Assembly: GCF_036971445.1 (NCBI RefSeq)
Contig: NC_091479.1
Coordinates: forward strand, 7,812,001 to 7,876,000
From: Narcine bancroftii
Lineage: Eukaryota
DNA length: 64,000 bases
Reading direction: 5' to 3'
Below are positions 24,765-38,109 of this stretch, in pieces. The notes below the pieces were generated by a model that was given only the letters and a program-made list of their open reading frames with translations, did no database searches and was not told the DNA's origin. Every line of letters starts with the position of its first letter. Position 1 is the stretch's first letter. The translations under genes were made by a program, and so were the position numbers.

Positions 24765-25990
24765 CCACCATCTCGTGTATCAATACCTGCTACTGTCTGT
24801 TCTTGCCTCTCTCTAGACCATTCTACTTCCAGGATGAGGTCTTCCATCCCAGTTCATCAGAGATGTCCTCCTCCTTCAAACAACGTGGCTTTCCCTCTAC
24901 CACCATCAATTCAACCCTCTCTCGCATATCTTCCATTACCTGTACATCCGCCCTGGCCCCCTCCATCCCCATGTGCAACAAGGTCAAGATTCCTCTTGAC
25001 CTCACCTACCACCCCCCCAGCCTCAGAGTCCAACATATCCTCCTCTGCCAATTCTGCCACTTTCTATGTGATAAAATCACTAGTCAAACATTCCTGTTTC
25101 CCCTCTCTGTCTCTGCCTCTGTGACTCCCTTGTCCACTCATCCATCCCCTCTTGGCACCTAACCCTGTGACCGCAGGAGGTGCTCCACTTGCACCCACAC
25201 CTCCTTTTGTGCCCCCAAACAGTCCTTCCAAGTGAAGCCACACTTCACTTGTGATTTTGTGTAGGTCATCTATTACAGCCAGTGCTCCCATTGTGGCCTC
25301 CTCTACATCAGAAAGACTGGGCAGAGACTGGGAGATCACTTCATTGAGCACCTCAGCTCTGACCTTCAGAAGGGCGTGGATCTCCCATTGGCTACCCATT
25401 TCAATTCACTGTCCCATTCCCTTTCTGACACGTCTGTCCATGGTCTCATGAACTACCAGACTGAGATCACCCACAAATTGGAAGAACAACACCTCATCTT
25501 CTGTCTGGGCACATTAACATCGACTTCTCCAAAGGGGGTGAGGGAGGGAGGGAAGAGAGGGGGGAAAAAGGGGGAGAAAACAACACTGTATATATTTAAG
25601 AAGAAAAATGTCCGTATGTATCTTGGTCAGTATGGTTTATAGTGTGAAAAATAAAAAATTAAAAAAAAAACATCGACTTCTCCAGTTTCCATTAAATCCT
25701 TCCCCTCCTCTTTCTCCTGTCACCTTTCCTCTAGCTCTGTCTCTCACACTCTCTCTTCCCTTTTCCCTCTGTCTCCTTTCACAGATCCAAAATCAATTTT
25801 CATCTCTCCTCTTATCATAGCCAATTAACACCTTTTGTTGGTCTGGACTCCTCTCCCTCCCATTGTTGCCCTTTTCTATTAAGACACCTGCCTGCTTGTT
25901 GCTTCTACCTTGAGGAAGGTAATACATCTTTCTTTCCTATGAACGCTGCAAGACCAGCTGAATTCCCAGCATCTCTGTGTGTTGTAGACT
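24765..25990 (+). mobile_element. Penelope-like element fragment (GIY-YIG region)
   Basis: F.QRGFP, IPL.LTYHP, LPLATHFNS.SH, KLEEQHLIFCLG motifs. Confidence 0.85.
25532..25668 (+). mobile_element. Short L1-type 3' end insertion
   Basis: 16-bp TSD AACATCGACTTCTCCA, AATAAA and poly(A); resembles the 3' UTR of the element at 12178-12330. Confidence 0.82.
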
Positions 25991-26227
25991 ATTCTTGTAT
26001 CTGGTCTCCCCTTCGCTCATCAACCCATGGGTCCTTAGCTGTATTCTGAACTTTCCCAATAATTGTTCGACATTTCCCCTCATCAAAGGTCACACAGCAT
26101 CCAGAGAAAATAAAAGGTAAATGGTGTTTCATTCACATGGCAAAACTCTCCAATCGTGCACTAGTCCCATGGAACACCCCTTCAACATTAAGCTACTCCT
26201 ATACAACTCCCCTCCAATAGCACCCAC

Positions 26228-26392
26228 CTCCCGCAGTCCAGCGCTCCCTCCGCACTGCCCTTCCAGCAGCCCAGTGCTCCGCACTGCCCCTCCAGCAGTC
26301 CAGCGCTCCCTCCGCACTGCCCCTCCCGCAGTCCAGCGCTCCCTCTGCATTCTCCCTCCCGCAGTCCAGCGCTCCCTCCGCACTACACCTCC
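26228..26392. repeat. About 33-bp tandem repeat
   Basis: GCAGTCCAGCGCTCCCTCCGCACTGCCCCTCC, about 5 copies. Confidence 0.85.
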
Positions 26393-28433
26393 CAAGGTGA
26401 GCTGGGTTTTTAAGATAGTCTCCGCTGCCTTGCTGCAGACTGGGCCAGAGGTGCGATCACTGAATCATAGCTGAGTGTTTCAAAATCTGCTGTCAGATGT
26501 GGTGGATCAATTGACGACAGGTGCTGACACAGTCTTTCTCCTATCTGCTTGCAGAGCTCCAGAGGTCAGCATCTCCAACCAACCTTGGGGACTCACCACT
26601 CCGTAGAAGCCCTCTCTATTCCTCCTCTCCTTTCCAGCAAGGAGCTGCCACTGGTGGAAGATGACCCAGTAGCACGGCCCACAGGCCAGGCACCAAGAAC
26701 AGACCAGCTGTGTGACAGGTCAGTGACCCCAGCAGTGGTCGGTGATCCTGGAATCAGGCCGTATCCTGGTAATGATCAGTGGGTACTGAGACAAAACACA
26801 ATGACCGCGGAGAACATTCTGAGACTCCTTCGGAATGGTCAGTGAACCGGACAATCCCTGCAAGATTGGTTGACACCCCTACCACCCCTTCCCTGTGAAT
26901 GAGTGCCAACTCTGCCCTCTCCTTCTCCATCAGTAACCTCCCTGTGGTAGACATCGAGATGCTGCCAAAAGTCAGTGACCCCAGGGATGGACTGCATCGG
27001 TGCAGCAAGAGTTTTTGTCCATAAACAGACAAAACCGGAAATGGGTGCAAAAGGTGCCCAAGAAACAGCAGTGATGCTGGTGATTTAGAACTGAACTACA
27101 TCCCCCTCCTTCTCAATGCTCCCGATGTGCTCATCATCCTTGGTGGTGACTGGGTACAGATGATGTGGTTGCCAGTACATGGAAACTGCTCAGGGAAAGG
27201 TCATGCTCAAATCTCGTGCAAAGGCCGGGGTTGGGTGAAATTGCGATAAAATGAATCTGTTCTCTTGCACTGTGTACTCGACTCTTGATGAGTTTCCATC
27301 TTGACCCTTGATGGCGCTGAATGGGGATGTTGTGTGAGGGCTTTAGGTGCTGTGTACACATAATTTGTTTAACGTCACCAATTTCTTCCCCATCCACTGT
27401 TGTGGCCTGGACCTGTGCACAGGTGATTGGTGAGTCACAACACTGTGTACAGACGTGGGTGCAGGGTGTGGGTGGATGTGTGTGAGGGCGTGCGTGGGCA
27501 CGCGTACACTTGTGTGTGCGCGCACGTGCAAGCTGCCACATCATTGGGCCATCACACCTCCTCTCTGCTGTTGACAGCTCCTGAACACACAGACACCAGA
27601 GCAATCCCACGCCCTGTTGCCCTGGCAACACCAAAGACACTGTGAATGATGGCAGAGGCTTCAAATTTAAATCACTTCCATTTGCTTCTTATTCTTGCCA
27701 TTCCTCCTCAGCCATGGAGAGGAACATCAGGAGCAGAGCAGGAGTTGGCTATCTGGCCCGTAGACCCTGCTCCACCAATTAACACGAGCACTGATCATCT
27801 GGCCATAGACTCAGCTCTACCTACCAGCCCATTCCCCAGATCCCTTAACTCCCCAACTAGTCAAAAATTTATTGATCTCTGCCTTAAATACAGTTAACGT
27901 GGCAACCCCTGCTGCTTTCTTGGGCAGAGAATTCCACAGATTCACCACTCTCTGGTAAAAGCAGTTCCTCCCTCATCTCCATCCTAAAATGAGGCTGTGT
28001 CCCCTGGTTCTCGACGGGATGAGTTCTGTGTGGTCTACCCCCTGCCCGGGGTGGGACAGTTCTGTGTGGTGGGACGGGGGCTGTGATTTCTCTCTAGTTG
28101 AGGAGCGATGTTCTAGCTGCAATGACTGTTTACATTTTTTAAATTTAAATTATGACGTAGTACGGTAACAGGCCCTTCTGCCCACGAGCCTGTGCTGTCC
28201 AAATATTCCAATTAACCTGCAACCCCTGGTGTGTTGTGAAGGGTGGGAGGAAACTCCTTACAGACAGTGCAGGACTCGATCGCTGGCGCTGTAACAACAT
28301 TGTGCTAACTGGTACACCAACCAAGCCACTTTTTGGTAGAAGCCAGTTCCAACCCTTAGTTGAAGTCGCAGGTGATCTGCACAGTGAAATGATGACAAGC
28401 AGCCACATTATGTCGGTTGGAACAGTTGGGGAG

Positions 28434-28439
28434 TTTATT
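28434..28439 (-). terminator. Candidate CKMT1 polyadenylation signal
   Basis: AATAAA on the minus strand about 100 nt after the stop codon. Confidence 0.6.
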
Positions 28440-28539
28440 TAAGCTGCTGTTGGAATGGAAGAAGTTCCAGAGGATTGCCAGCCTTGGTACCAGGTGTGCG
28501 ACATATTGATCGCAGGGACACAAGGATGTGACTTCGATC

Positions 28540-28656
28540 TCAGCGTCTGGTGTGGCTCACAGGTGGAGGGATCTTGATGTCCTGTCCTCTCTGCAGACGC
28601 TTCTCACACTCGGTTAGATAATTGACCCCGTCAATCACCAGCTGAACCAGCTCCAC
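28540..28656 (-). CDS. CKMT1: CKMT1 coding exon 9 (terminal)
   Basis: [41 protein letters not shown]. The nine exons sum to 1254 nt in frame. Confidence 0.96.
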   Translation of the reverse strand: MELVQLVIDGVNYLTECEKRLQRGQDIKIPPPVSHTRR

Positions 28657-29267
28657 CTGAGGAGGCGACAAACCTTTCAGTGTTGGATCCAATGACGAAT
28701 CCCTAGAGCCTCCCAAAGTGGGAAGGCATCTGAGCATGACTCTTGCCCAAGGAAGCCTGCCCTTCCCAACACCCCCCTCATCCCTTCACCTTCTCCCCTT
28801 CCTTAATTATTTTCCTGCATGCTTCACCTTTCCCACCCTCTTCCATCCCTCCTCTTCTCTCTAAACCTTTCACCTCGCACTTAACTGCCTTCCTCCTCCC
28901 CTTCCTTCCCCTTCTCCCTCTCCCTTTCCTCTGTCTTCAACATTCTTCCTCCCCCTTTCCCCATCATCGACTCCCTCTCACCCTCTTCCTGTTGCCCCCC
29001 TCCAACTCCCTGTTGCCCCTTCCCCTTTGCCCTGTCGCCCCTCCCAATTACCACCCTCTCTTCCTGTCACCCCCATCACCCCCTCCCCGTCACCCCCTCT
29101 CCCTCTCTCTGTTGCCCCTCTCCCCTTCTCATTGCTCCCCCTCTCCCTGTTTCCCCATTCCCCCCCCCCCACTCTCCCTGTCACGCCCCCTCCTCTCCCC
29201 TCCCTCCCTCTCTGACCCTCTCTCCCCAAGTCCCATCCCCAGGACCGTGGTACAGGCGGGCACTGAC

Positions 29268-29393
29268 CTCGGATTTGCCGAGCCGGTCAAGGTTGGAGAT
29301 GTCATAAATGCCACCCACGGCTGCAGTGTCCACTCCCCCCGTGCCGCGCTTCTGCAGACGCAAGTTCTCTAGGATCTTCGCAAAGCGGGGGTC
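29268..29393 (-). CDS. CKMT1: CKMT1 coding exon 8
   Basis: [42 protein letters not shown]; 126 nt. Confidence 0.97.
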
Positions 29394-30319
29394 CTGAAAC
29401 ACAGAGAATGTGTTTGATGTTGTCAGGCCCCATCGAGGATGTCCGTCATCACAGGAGGGCCTGATCCCCAGAAAGCCTGGCATGGGAATGGGCCCTGATA
29501 TCGGAGAAGGGAATCACCAGGAATAGGTGTGGGCCATTCAGCCCATCTAGCCTGTTCTTGTGTCTGCTCTTCCACATCCCTGCACTCATCTGCTTTTTCC
29601 GATTTATATTTATCAATCTCTATCTTGAATTAACTCAATACAGTAATTAACTTCTAAAGGCCTCTAGTTAGAGTATTCCAAAGGGTTGCCCCCCCCTCTT
29701 TGCTTCTCTTCATCTCAGCCAGATATTCCATTTCCAACCTCCCACCTGCTCCTGCTCGAGTATTTTTTAAAATTGTAAATTAATTTTTTTTTTAGCCATA
29801 CAGCACGGTAACAGGCTCTTCCAGCCTATAAGCCCGTGCCACCCAATTATACCCAAATGACCTACAACCCCCCAGTACTTTTCGAATAGTGGAAGGAAAC
29901 CGGAACACCCAGAGGAAGCCCACGCATCACGAGGAGATCATACAAACTCTTACAGATAGCACAGGATTCGAACCCTGGTTGCTGACGCTGTAGAACAGTA
30001 TTGCTGCCCTGTGCCGATTAGTCATCTATCCTGCCCATAATTGCAACATCCTGCTTCTCCCTTCTGCCGAGTTCATCAAGGCTGGGAGATGCACCATTTT
30101 ATTTAAGGCAGAGTTATGTCTGAGCTTGTTAAAGATGATCTTCATTGCAAGAAAATCCAATTACTCTTGAGGTAGGGTAGAGGGAGCTTTATCCTTGTAC
30201 CTAATCCAAGCTGCCCTTGCCCTGGGAAATCCCAATAAGCATGTGCTAAATGCACTGAGGCTTCTTGTGTGGTATAAGGAACCTTGCATTGCCTGTGAAA
30301 TTGGAAGTAATTCACAGGA

Positions 30320-31042
30320 TGAAGTAAAAACACAAAATGCTGGAGAAGCTCATCTTGTCAAACAGTGTCCTTTATGTAGCAAAGGTAAAGATACAGAACT
30401 AATGTTTTGGGCTTGAGCCCTTCATCAAGGTAAGAGAAAATGCCAGCAAGCATCACAACAAAAGATTTTAGGGGGGGGAGGATGGATGGCAAAGGCAGGA
30501 GATGATAGGTGAGTAAAGCAGCAATGAGGGGAGGAAGGGTGGGTGAGTAAAGAACAGGAAAGGGGGAGGGAGAAGAAAAGGCGAGCAGGTTGAATGGAAA
30601 GCAGTAAAGTCAATGTTCATGCCATGTGTCTGGAGAGTGCCCAGACAGAGAATAAGGTGTTCCTCCAATCTGTGGGTGGTCTGGGTGGGACAGTACATAA
30701 GGCCATGGACAGACAGGTGAGCGTGGGTGTGTGACCCGGAAATGAAATGGTTGGCCACTGGGAGATTGCTGTGATTGGGAATGAAGAGGAGGTGCTGAGC
30801 GAAGTGATCTCCCAGTCTGAGACCGGTCTCTCCGACGTAGAGAATGCCACAAAGGGTGCACTGGATGCAGTAAATGTCCTCTGGATGTACGTGAAGTGTT
30901 GGTTCACGTGGCCCCGGACCACGGTGAGGGAGGAGGTGTGGGTGCAAGTGCTGCACCTCCTGCGGGCACAGGGGAAGGTGCTGGGGGTGCAATGTGTCAA
31001 AAGTAAATCACAAAATTCTGTAGACATCGTGATTGAAGTAAA
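30320..31042 (-). mobile_element. Penelope-like element fragment, circularly permuted terminus
   Basis: IYCIQCTLCGILYVGETGLRLGDHFAQH (GIY-YIG), followed by the family terminal repeat. Confidence 0.88.
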
Positions 31043-32113
31043 GTTCAGCAGTTCTTGTCAGAAATACATTGTGAAATTGAAGTCACTTTTTTCTCCTTTG
31101 GATTTTGCATTCATTTCAGCCTGTGGCTTTATCACAGTGTATTTAACACATACTTCTCTGGATTCCCCAGGACAAAGGCAGATTGGATTAGATAGAGAGT
31201 AAAACTCCCTCGACGCTGCCTCACCAGTCACGGTCAAGGCACTGACATTGCAAGTTAGAAACAGAATAGAGCTCCATCTATACATCCCAGGGCATTCATA
31301 AAACAAAGTTGCATATTTTGATTTAATGGAGAGATTCAGCACGGTAACAGGCCCTTCAGGCCCACATGCCCATGCCACCCAATTATACCCATGTGACCAA
31401 TTAACCTACAAACCCCGCCCTTTGTAGGGCGAGAGGAAACGGAGCACCTGGACGTGGGGAGAATGTACAAATTCACAGAAACACAATAAGTTGCAGTCGC
31501 TGCGATTGATGTAAAAACACCGAAATGCTGGAGGAGCTCAGCCCGTCAATTTAGCATCTATAGGAGACTGATAATATTGTTGATGTTTCTTCTTCTTTTT
31601 TTTTTTTATACATTTTTTTATTTTTGTTGATGTTTCTTCTTCAAGCAAAAATCAGATTCCTCCCCCGTTGTTTGAATTCTTTCTGATCGATCCTGCTTCT
31701 GCCTTTTCTCATTATTCCTTGAAGAGGGGCTCCGGCCTGAAACTTTGGCAATATATCATTGTCTCCTATAGATCCTGAATAGATCAGCTGAGTTCCTCCA
31801 GCATTTTGGGTGTGTTTAGAACATACAAATTGTTTTGGCAGATTTAAATCTGGGTTGCTGGCCCCCTAATAGTGTTTCTCTAACCACGGCAGCCTTGACG
31901 TGTCTGTATTCTGAACATATAACATTGTGTCTCGGCCAGAATCCAGAACCACACTTTAATAATGAATGAAAGCAATGGTTGGGCGCGTCTCTATGGCCCC
32001 ATCAGGCAGATTCAGAGCCATTACTGCTCAGGTACACTGTGGTTCCAATGTTATGGACAGTGCAAAATCTGACACCCCGGTCTGGATGTCAGGAGCTACA
32101 CGGGCCATAGTAC

Positions 32114-32248
32114 CTTGCTGAGCATAGGTAATTTCATGTGCACCCCAGCTCGAAGTCCAGTGCCCAGGTTTGATGGACAGGTCAGGATGTAGCCGAGTCT
32201 CTCATTCCACATAAACTCCCAGCCTTTCTCTGAGATCAGTCTCTCCAC
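32114..32248 (-). CDS. CKMT1: CKMT1 coding exon 7
   Basis: [45 protein letters not shown] with the reactive Cys motif; 135 nt. Confidence 0.97.
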
Positions 32249-33902
32249 CTGAAAGAAACAAGGTTCATATGAAAGCTCAGCTTCAATCCAAACATCGAGC
32301 ATTCCCTGGGAGGGCAGCTTCCACACCTTAACTCTCCAGGATAAATTTTTAAATTTAGACAAACAGCATGGGCCCACGAGTCCATGCTGCCCAATTTACA
32401 CCCATTTAACTGCACCCCCGGTACATTGAGCCCCCTGGGGAAAACCCACACAGACACAGGGTGAATGTACAAACTCCTTACAGAGGGCGTGGGATTTGAA
32501 CCCCGGTCCAGATCGCTGGTGCTGTAAAGGCGTTGCCCTAACCGTGCCACCCGAGGAGCTGTCATCTCAGAACTAAAGTGTAATTTTATCCCAGGCTGGA
32601 TAAACATCAGAAATTCAACTCTGTTCTGTCTCGCCTCTGGGCCGGATGCTGTGGCTCAAGGCCCTATGTCAGGAGTTCGGGCAGTATCCTGCTGGCCCTC
32701 TGGGGTAGTTTTCAGGTATGATGGAGTGGTGTTCGACTGACAAAGCGTGGACGCCCTTGCTCAAAAAGAAGTTGAAGTAACCTGAGATGAACCAGATAAG
32801 TTCAACATTGTGGAAAATTCCAGAAAGAATTGTGGACAGAACCATCAAATGGCTTAGATCAGCCATTCGCAATTTTTTTTTGGCAATGGCCACCCCTTGG
32901 ACTCTACTCAACATTTATTGGCCCAAAGGAAATGGGCCAATGACAATTTTTCTCAAGCAAAATATTTCAGTAATAGTTGGGTCTAGAGGAGTGATTCTCA
33001 GCCTTCCCTTCCCACTCACAGACCACCTTAAGCAATCCCTTACTCATCACGGAGCACCTATGGCATAAGGGATTACTTAAGGTGGTCTGTGAGTGGAAAG
33101 AAAAAGGTTGAAAACCACCTTTCTTCAAGTCAAGTTTATTGTCATCTGATTGTACAAGTACAACCCGATGAAATAGCGTTCTCCGGTCCTCGGTGCAAAA
33201 CACGCAGACAGACAGACAGACAACGTACATACAGACAAACAATACATATGCAGGACAAGTATTCATCGATATAAATAAATATTGTTTCATGAATATGAGA
33301 GTCTCGGGTGATTAGTGGGAGCAGTTCCTTTGGTCGTTCAGCATCTCACTGCCCGTGGGAAGAAGCTGTTCCTCAGCCTGGTGGTGCTGGCTCGGATCCT
33401 CCTGGATCTCTTCCCCGACGGGAGCAGCTGAACGATGCTGTGTGCGGGGTGGAAGGGGTCCTCAATGACTTACAGAAAGAAAGGAAGTATTTGGAGAGGA
33501 TGTTGGAGATTTCCCAAAATGAGCCTAGGGTTGAAGAGCTTTAATTGTGTGTATGGACTGGTGAAGCTGGAATTGGAATTGTGAGGAGTTTAACCTCGTG
33601 AATGGTCGATGAGGTGGGGGGGGGGAGAGTGGTAAACAAAAACTGTTCCCATTGATAGAAGAGCTGAGAACCAGAGGTCATCGACTGGTCAATAAAACCA
33701 AAATTAAATTGAGGGCTTTCTTCACTAATCACAGTGTTTGGGTTGGACTATTCTCCTGCGAGATTAGTGGAGACGGATTCAATCAGAGTGTTGAAAAATC
33801 GGTTAACTGGGTGCTTGAATGGAACAATTCCATGCTTCTCCACACTTCTGTATCCTACTTAAATATTGTCCTGCTCCAGGCAAGAGCACTCCAAGGTTTT
33901 GA

Positions 33903-34640
33903 AAGTAAATCACGAAATTCTGAACACACTGTGGTTGAAGTAAAAACACAAAATGCTGGAGAAGCCCAGCAGGTCAAACAGGGTCCTTCATGTAGCAAGA
34001 GTAAAGATACAGAACTGACATTTCAGGTTTGAGCCCTTCATCAAAATATGAGAACACATGTCAGCAGGCATCCGAACAAAAGTGTTGGGGTGGTGAATGG
34101 GGTTGGCAAAGGCAGGAGATGATAGGTGGAGAAAGGAGAGGGGGGATGATGGGGTTGTGTGGGTGAAAGATATGGAAGGACAGGAAAAGGGGGAGGGAAA
34201 AGAGAAGGTGAGCAGGTTTAATGGAAAGCAAAAAAGTCTATGTTAATGCCATTCAGTTGGAGAGTGTCCAGATGGAAAATAAGGTGTTGCTCTTCCAATC
34301 TGCAGGTGGTCAGGGTGGGACAGGACCAAGGCCAATCATGAGCGTGGGAGTGTGACTGGGAATTGAAATGGTGGGCCATTCGGAGGTCGCTGTGGTTGCA
34401 AACAGAGTGGAGGTGCTGAGTGAAGCGATCTCCCAGTCTGCGACCAGGCTCTCCAATTTTGAGAATGGTACAAAGGGAGCACCAGATACAGTAAATAAGT
34501 CAAGTGTTGCACCTCCTGCAGGTACAGGGGAAGGTGCCAGGGGTGCAATGGGTGGGGAGGGAATGAGTGAACAAGGGAATCGGAGGGAATGGTCTCTACG
34601 GAAGGCCCAGGGGAGAGAAGAAGAAAAAAATGTCTGGCAG
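33903..34640 (-). mobile_element. Penelope-like element fragment. Related pieces at about 930-1505 (-), 3700-4030 (-), 48260-48355 (+), 62455-62930 (+).
   Basis: Same GIY-YIG C-terminal remnants and the shared terminus TGATGAAGGGCTCAAGCC.GAAA...GACCTGCTGAG..TCTCCAGCATT. Confidence 0.82.
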
Positions 34641-36188
34641 TGGGATCTTGTAATTCTCCCACATACAGCAGTATCACAGTGGAGGGTCATGAGGGGCGGT
34701 CACTGCTCTGAACAGAGTTCCATTCAACTGAGAAAATCCCTCACTCCCTCCTTTCAGGCTATGGATCACTGAGGCCATAGGACGCTCCCCATGGGAGGGG
34801 ACTTCAGTTCCTCTCTGACCCTTTGTCCTTGCCTCACCCATCCCCCAACCTGTTCGATGGGGAGACAAACTGATGCCGAGAATCGCAAACCTGAGAGGAC
34901 ACAGGCAGGAGCAGAACTGGGGGCAGTCGGGGGAACAGAGAGCAGGTTCTAATTGTAAAGAGGAGGCATTGTAATTGCTGAGCGAGTGGGGAGGGGAGGT
35001 GGAATGATGTGAGTGGGTCAGAACAAAAGACATTCAGAATAGATTCATAATACCCAGCGTCACCAAATCAAGTGGGAGATTGGGTTCCCAATGGAAGGAG
35101 GACTGGTAACCAGGGCAACACAAGTTTTAAATGCGGCAACTGACAAAGCAAGGAGGAGGGAAAGAAGTTGCTTTCATACCACGAGTTGTTGCACTGTTGG
35201 AAATCAGATTCCACTTGCAGCTTCTCGGAAGGAAACTCAGTCTGTGCCTGCCTGAGACAGGAGTCCAGGAAAACCTGAGGCCGTGGCATTTACAATGTCT
35301 ACGTGCCAGCAATGACCATCTCCAACTAGACAGAGTTTAACCAGCTCTGCTGAGATTTTTAAAAATGGCGGTACTGTTAGAGCTGCTGACACGGACCCAC
35401 GGAGAACAGTGAAAGGAGACACACCTCATTTCCTCAGGGTTCTGCCCAGTCCAACTACCAACGGCTCAGTGCAGGCTTTGAACTGTCTGCTAAAAGAGCT
35501 GACAGTGGTTTATTTTACTTTAAAATCCTGCAATTGCAGGGTCTGGGCCCAGGATGGTGGCGCCTATGTCCCACAGCAGCCTCAAGGGGATACAGTCTCC
35601 GGGGAAGCAGAGGATTGGTGCGGGGCACCAGAAAGAGGGGAGACCATCCCCTGTTTAAGAAGGAGAAGCAGAGGAGATGATCCATGGGACAATGACGGAC
35701 CAGAGAGAGGTTCTGTGGCTGAAGAACACAAGCGGTGGGCTCGAGGCGAGCACCTCACACCAGATGGTGGACTTCTGGAGACTAGCTCGAGACTGGCTGA
35801 AGGGGTACCAGCTGAAGGCTTCCTGATCATGTTGGAAGGTTGCTGACGGGCAAACAAGAGTCTGTGGGGCAGGCAAGGACTGTTTCACTTTTTCAGGAAC
35901 TGCATCTGGTATTTGATTTCTTGTTCCCTCTAAATCCTTCAGTATCCTGGCTGGGAACTATTTCACCATTCCTGTGTCTCGTTCCCAGCAACTGTTGGAA
36001 TACCTTCACAAATCAAGTAGGCGCCTCACCACCACTTTCTCCAGAGCGAATGGGAATGGACAATAAATGCTGGCCTTGCCCACATTGTGTGGGCATTCTC
36101 AAACATCAAAATCAAGCCTGCATTTACCATTTCAGCTGGCAGCCTGTTCCACACTCCCACCACTCTCTGTGTTAAGAAGCTTCCTTTA

Positions 36189-36512
<324 letters not shown>

Positions 36513-37294
36513 TCATACCCAGGAATAACCTCACATCACCCCCATCACCTCCACTGTTGGGGGCATTTGCGATTAAATCCCCCCACAAATGTGTTGAACT
36601 CAGATTTAGCATCTTGATACAGTAAAAGTCCTAAAATCTGGACTACTTAGGGATGGAGTTGGTCTGCATTTTCAGATTTTCTCAGGCAGCACGTTTAAAA
36701 TTCAAATTTTAGAAGAATAAGGAAGAATTGAACAGGTAAATTTTGATCATTTATTAACAAAACATTTTTTCATATAAAATGCAAAGCACAAAAAAATTAT
36801 TTGTTATTTCTGCGACTTCCATGCATCTGTGGCACTTACGTACACATGCACCCACACAAAAGCCTGCTAAATTTATAAAGTTTGAGAGTTTTCAAGGTCT
36901 GGATTTCTGGTATCTGGATTTTTGGATTATTTCAATGAACCTTCTCTCCATGGTCACCCCATCCCCAACACCCACCTCCCATTCCCCTCATTCAGACCTG
37001 GAGCAAATGATACTGGATTACCAAATTAAAGTTGAGACTTGTGTTGTGGGATGTCTTAGCTTCTGATCGCATGGCAGCAATCGTTGTACAAAGGGCAGCA
37101 GCATTAGGACCAAGGAAGGGTGTGGAAAGGGGGGGGGGGGTGGGCAGAAATGAGGGGCAGGTCATCTGGGGAAAGTGAGGTAAATGAGAAAGGGGAGGAA
37201 GAGGAGAGCAGGGGGAGTGGGGGGGGAGTCTCTAATGGTTTTGGCCAGCCATAACTTGCACAGGTAGGCGGGGCAGTTAGACCAATGAACTTAC

Positions 37295-37380
37295 CAGATG
37301 CCACGGGCGTCAGGCCAATCTCTGGCCATCCCAGAAGAGGTCAGCAAGGGAGACACTGGCTTGTCGAATAAGAAATGATC
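37295..37380 (-). CDS. CKMT1: CKMT1 coding exon 5
   Basis: DHFLFDKPVSPLLTSSGMARDWPDARGIW; 86 nt. Confidence 0.97.
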
Positions 37381-37976
37381 CTAGGGAAGGAAGCATCAAT
37401 GAGTATTGACTGGACCAAATCAGATCGAAGCAAAATTAGCATTGAATAGAAAACCATGGATAACCATGGTTCTCTCTCTTATCACACTCTCCCAGAGAAG
37501 GATCCAGTCCTTGTCACATTCTCCGAGCAGGACCCTGTCACTTTCTCCCAGATCAGGCCCCTTGTCCCTGTCCCACTCTCCCAGACCAGGATCCAGAGGC
37601 ACTCTCCCAGTCCAGTGTCCTTACACTAATAACATAACAAAGGTCCCTCTGCAGTGTTTGATCAAACTCCCCGGGTTAATGTGGGTTGGATGTGGAGTAC
37701 GACTCTTTCCTATCAAATCATCGTACCAAGTGCTGGATACAAACAAGGATTTACACTCCACCAATGTCCATTAGTCCCATGATTGCAAGGAAATCTCTCC
37801 CCCTGAACTGATCCAAAACAAGGAGCAAGGCTGGTGATTGAATCATGATTGTTTTGCAAAAACTCAAAACCTTTCTTAGTTGAACTCTTACAGATGTGAG
37901 AGCCCTTGATCACAGAATCTGGATTGAACTTGAATGTCTGGCATATACTGGGAGTGCGTGACAGGACGGTATTAAG

Positions 37977-38106
37977 CAGTGGTTCTCAACCATCATCCCT
38001 TACTAACCACAGAGCACCTATGACATCCTATGCCACTGGCGCTCTGTGGTTAGTAATGGATTACGAGGTGGTATGTGAGTGGGAAAAAAATGGTTGAGAA
38101 CCACTG
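37977..38106. mobile_element. hAT (Charlie-type) palindromic MITE
   Basis: TIR CAGTGGTTCTCAACC; 8-bp TSD GTATTAAG/GTATAAAG (7 of 8 match); internal palindrome. Confidence 0.85.
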
Positions 38107-38109
38107 GTA

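Noticed and set aside
35540-35900. 145-aa ORF and promoter-like GATGGTGGCGCC in a CKMT1 intron
   Set aside because: No protein motif; resembles a retroelement 5' fragment, and the family could not be supported.
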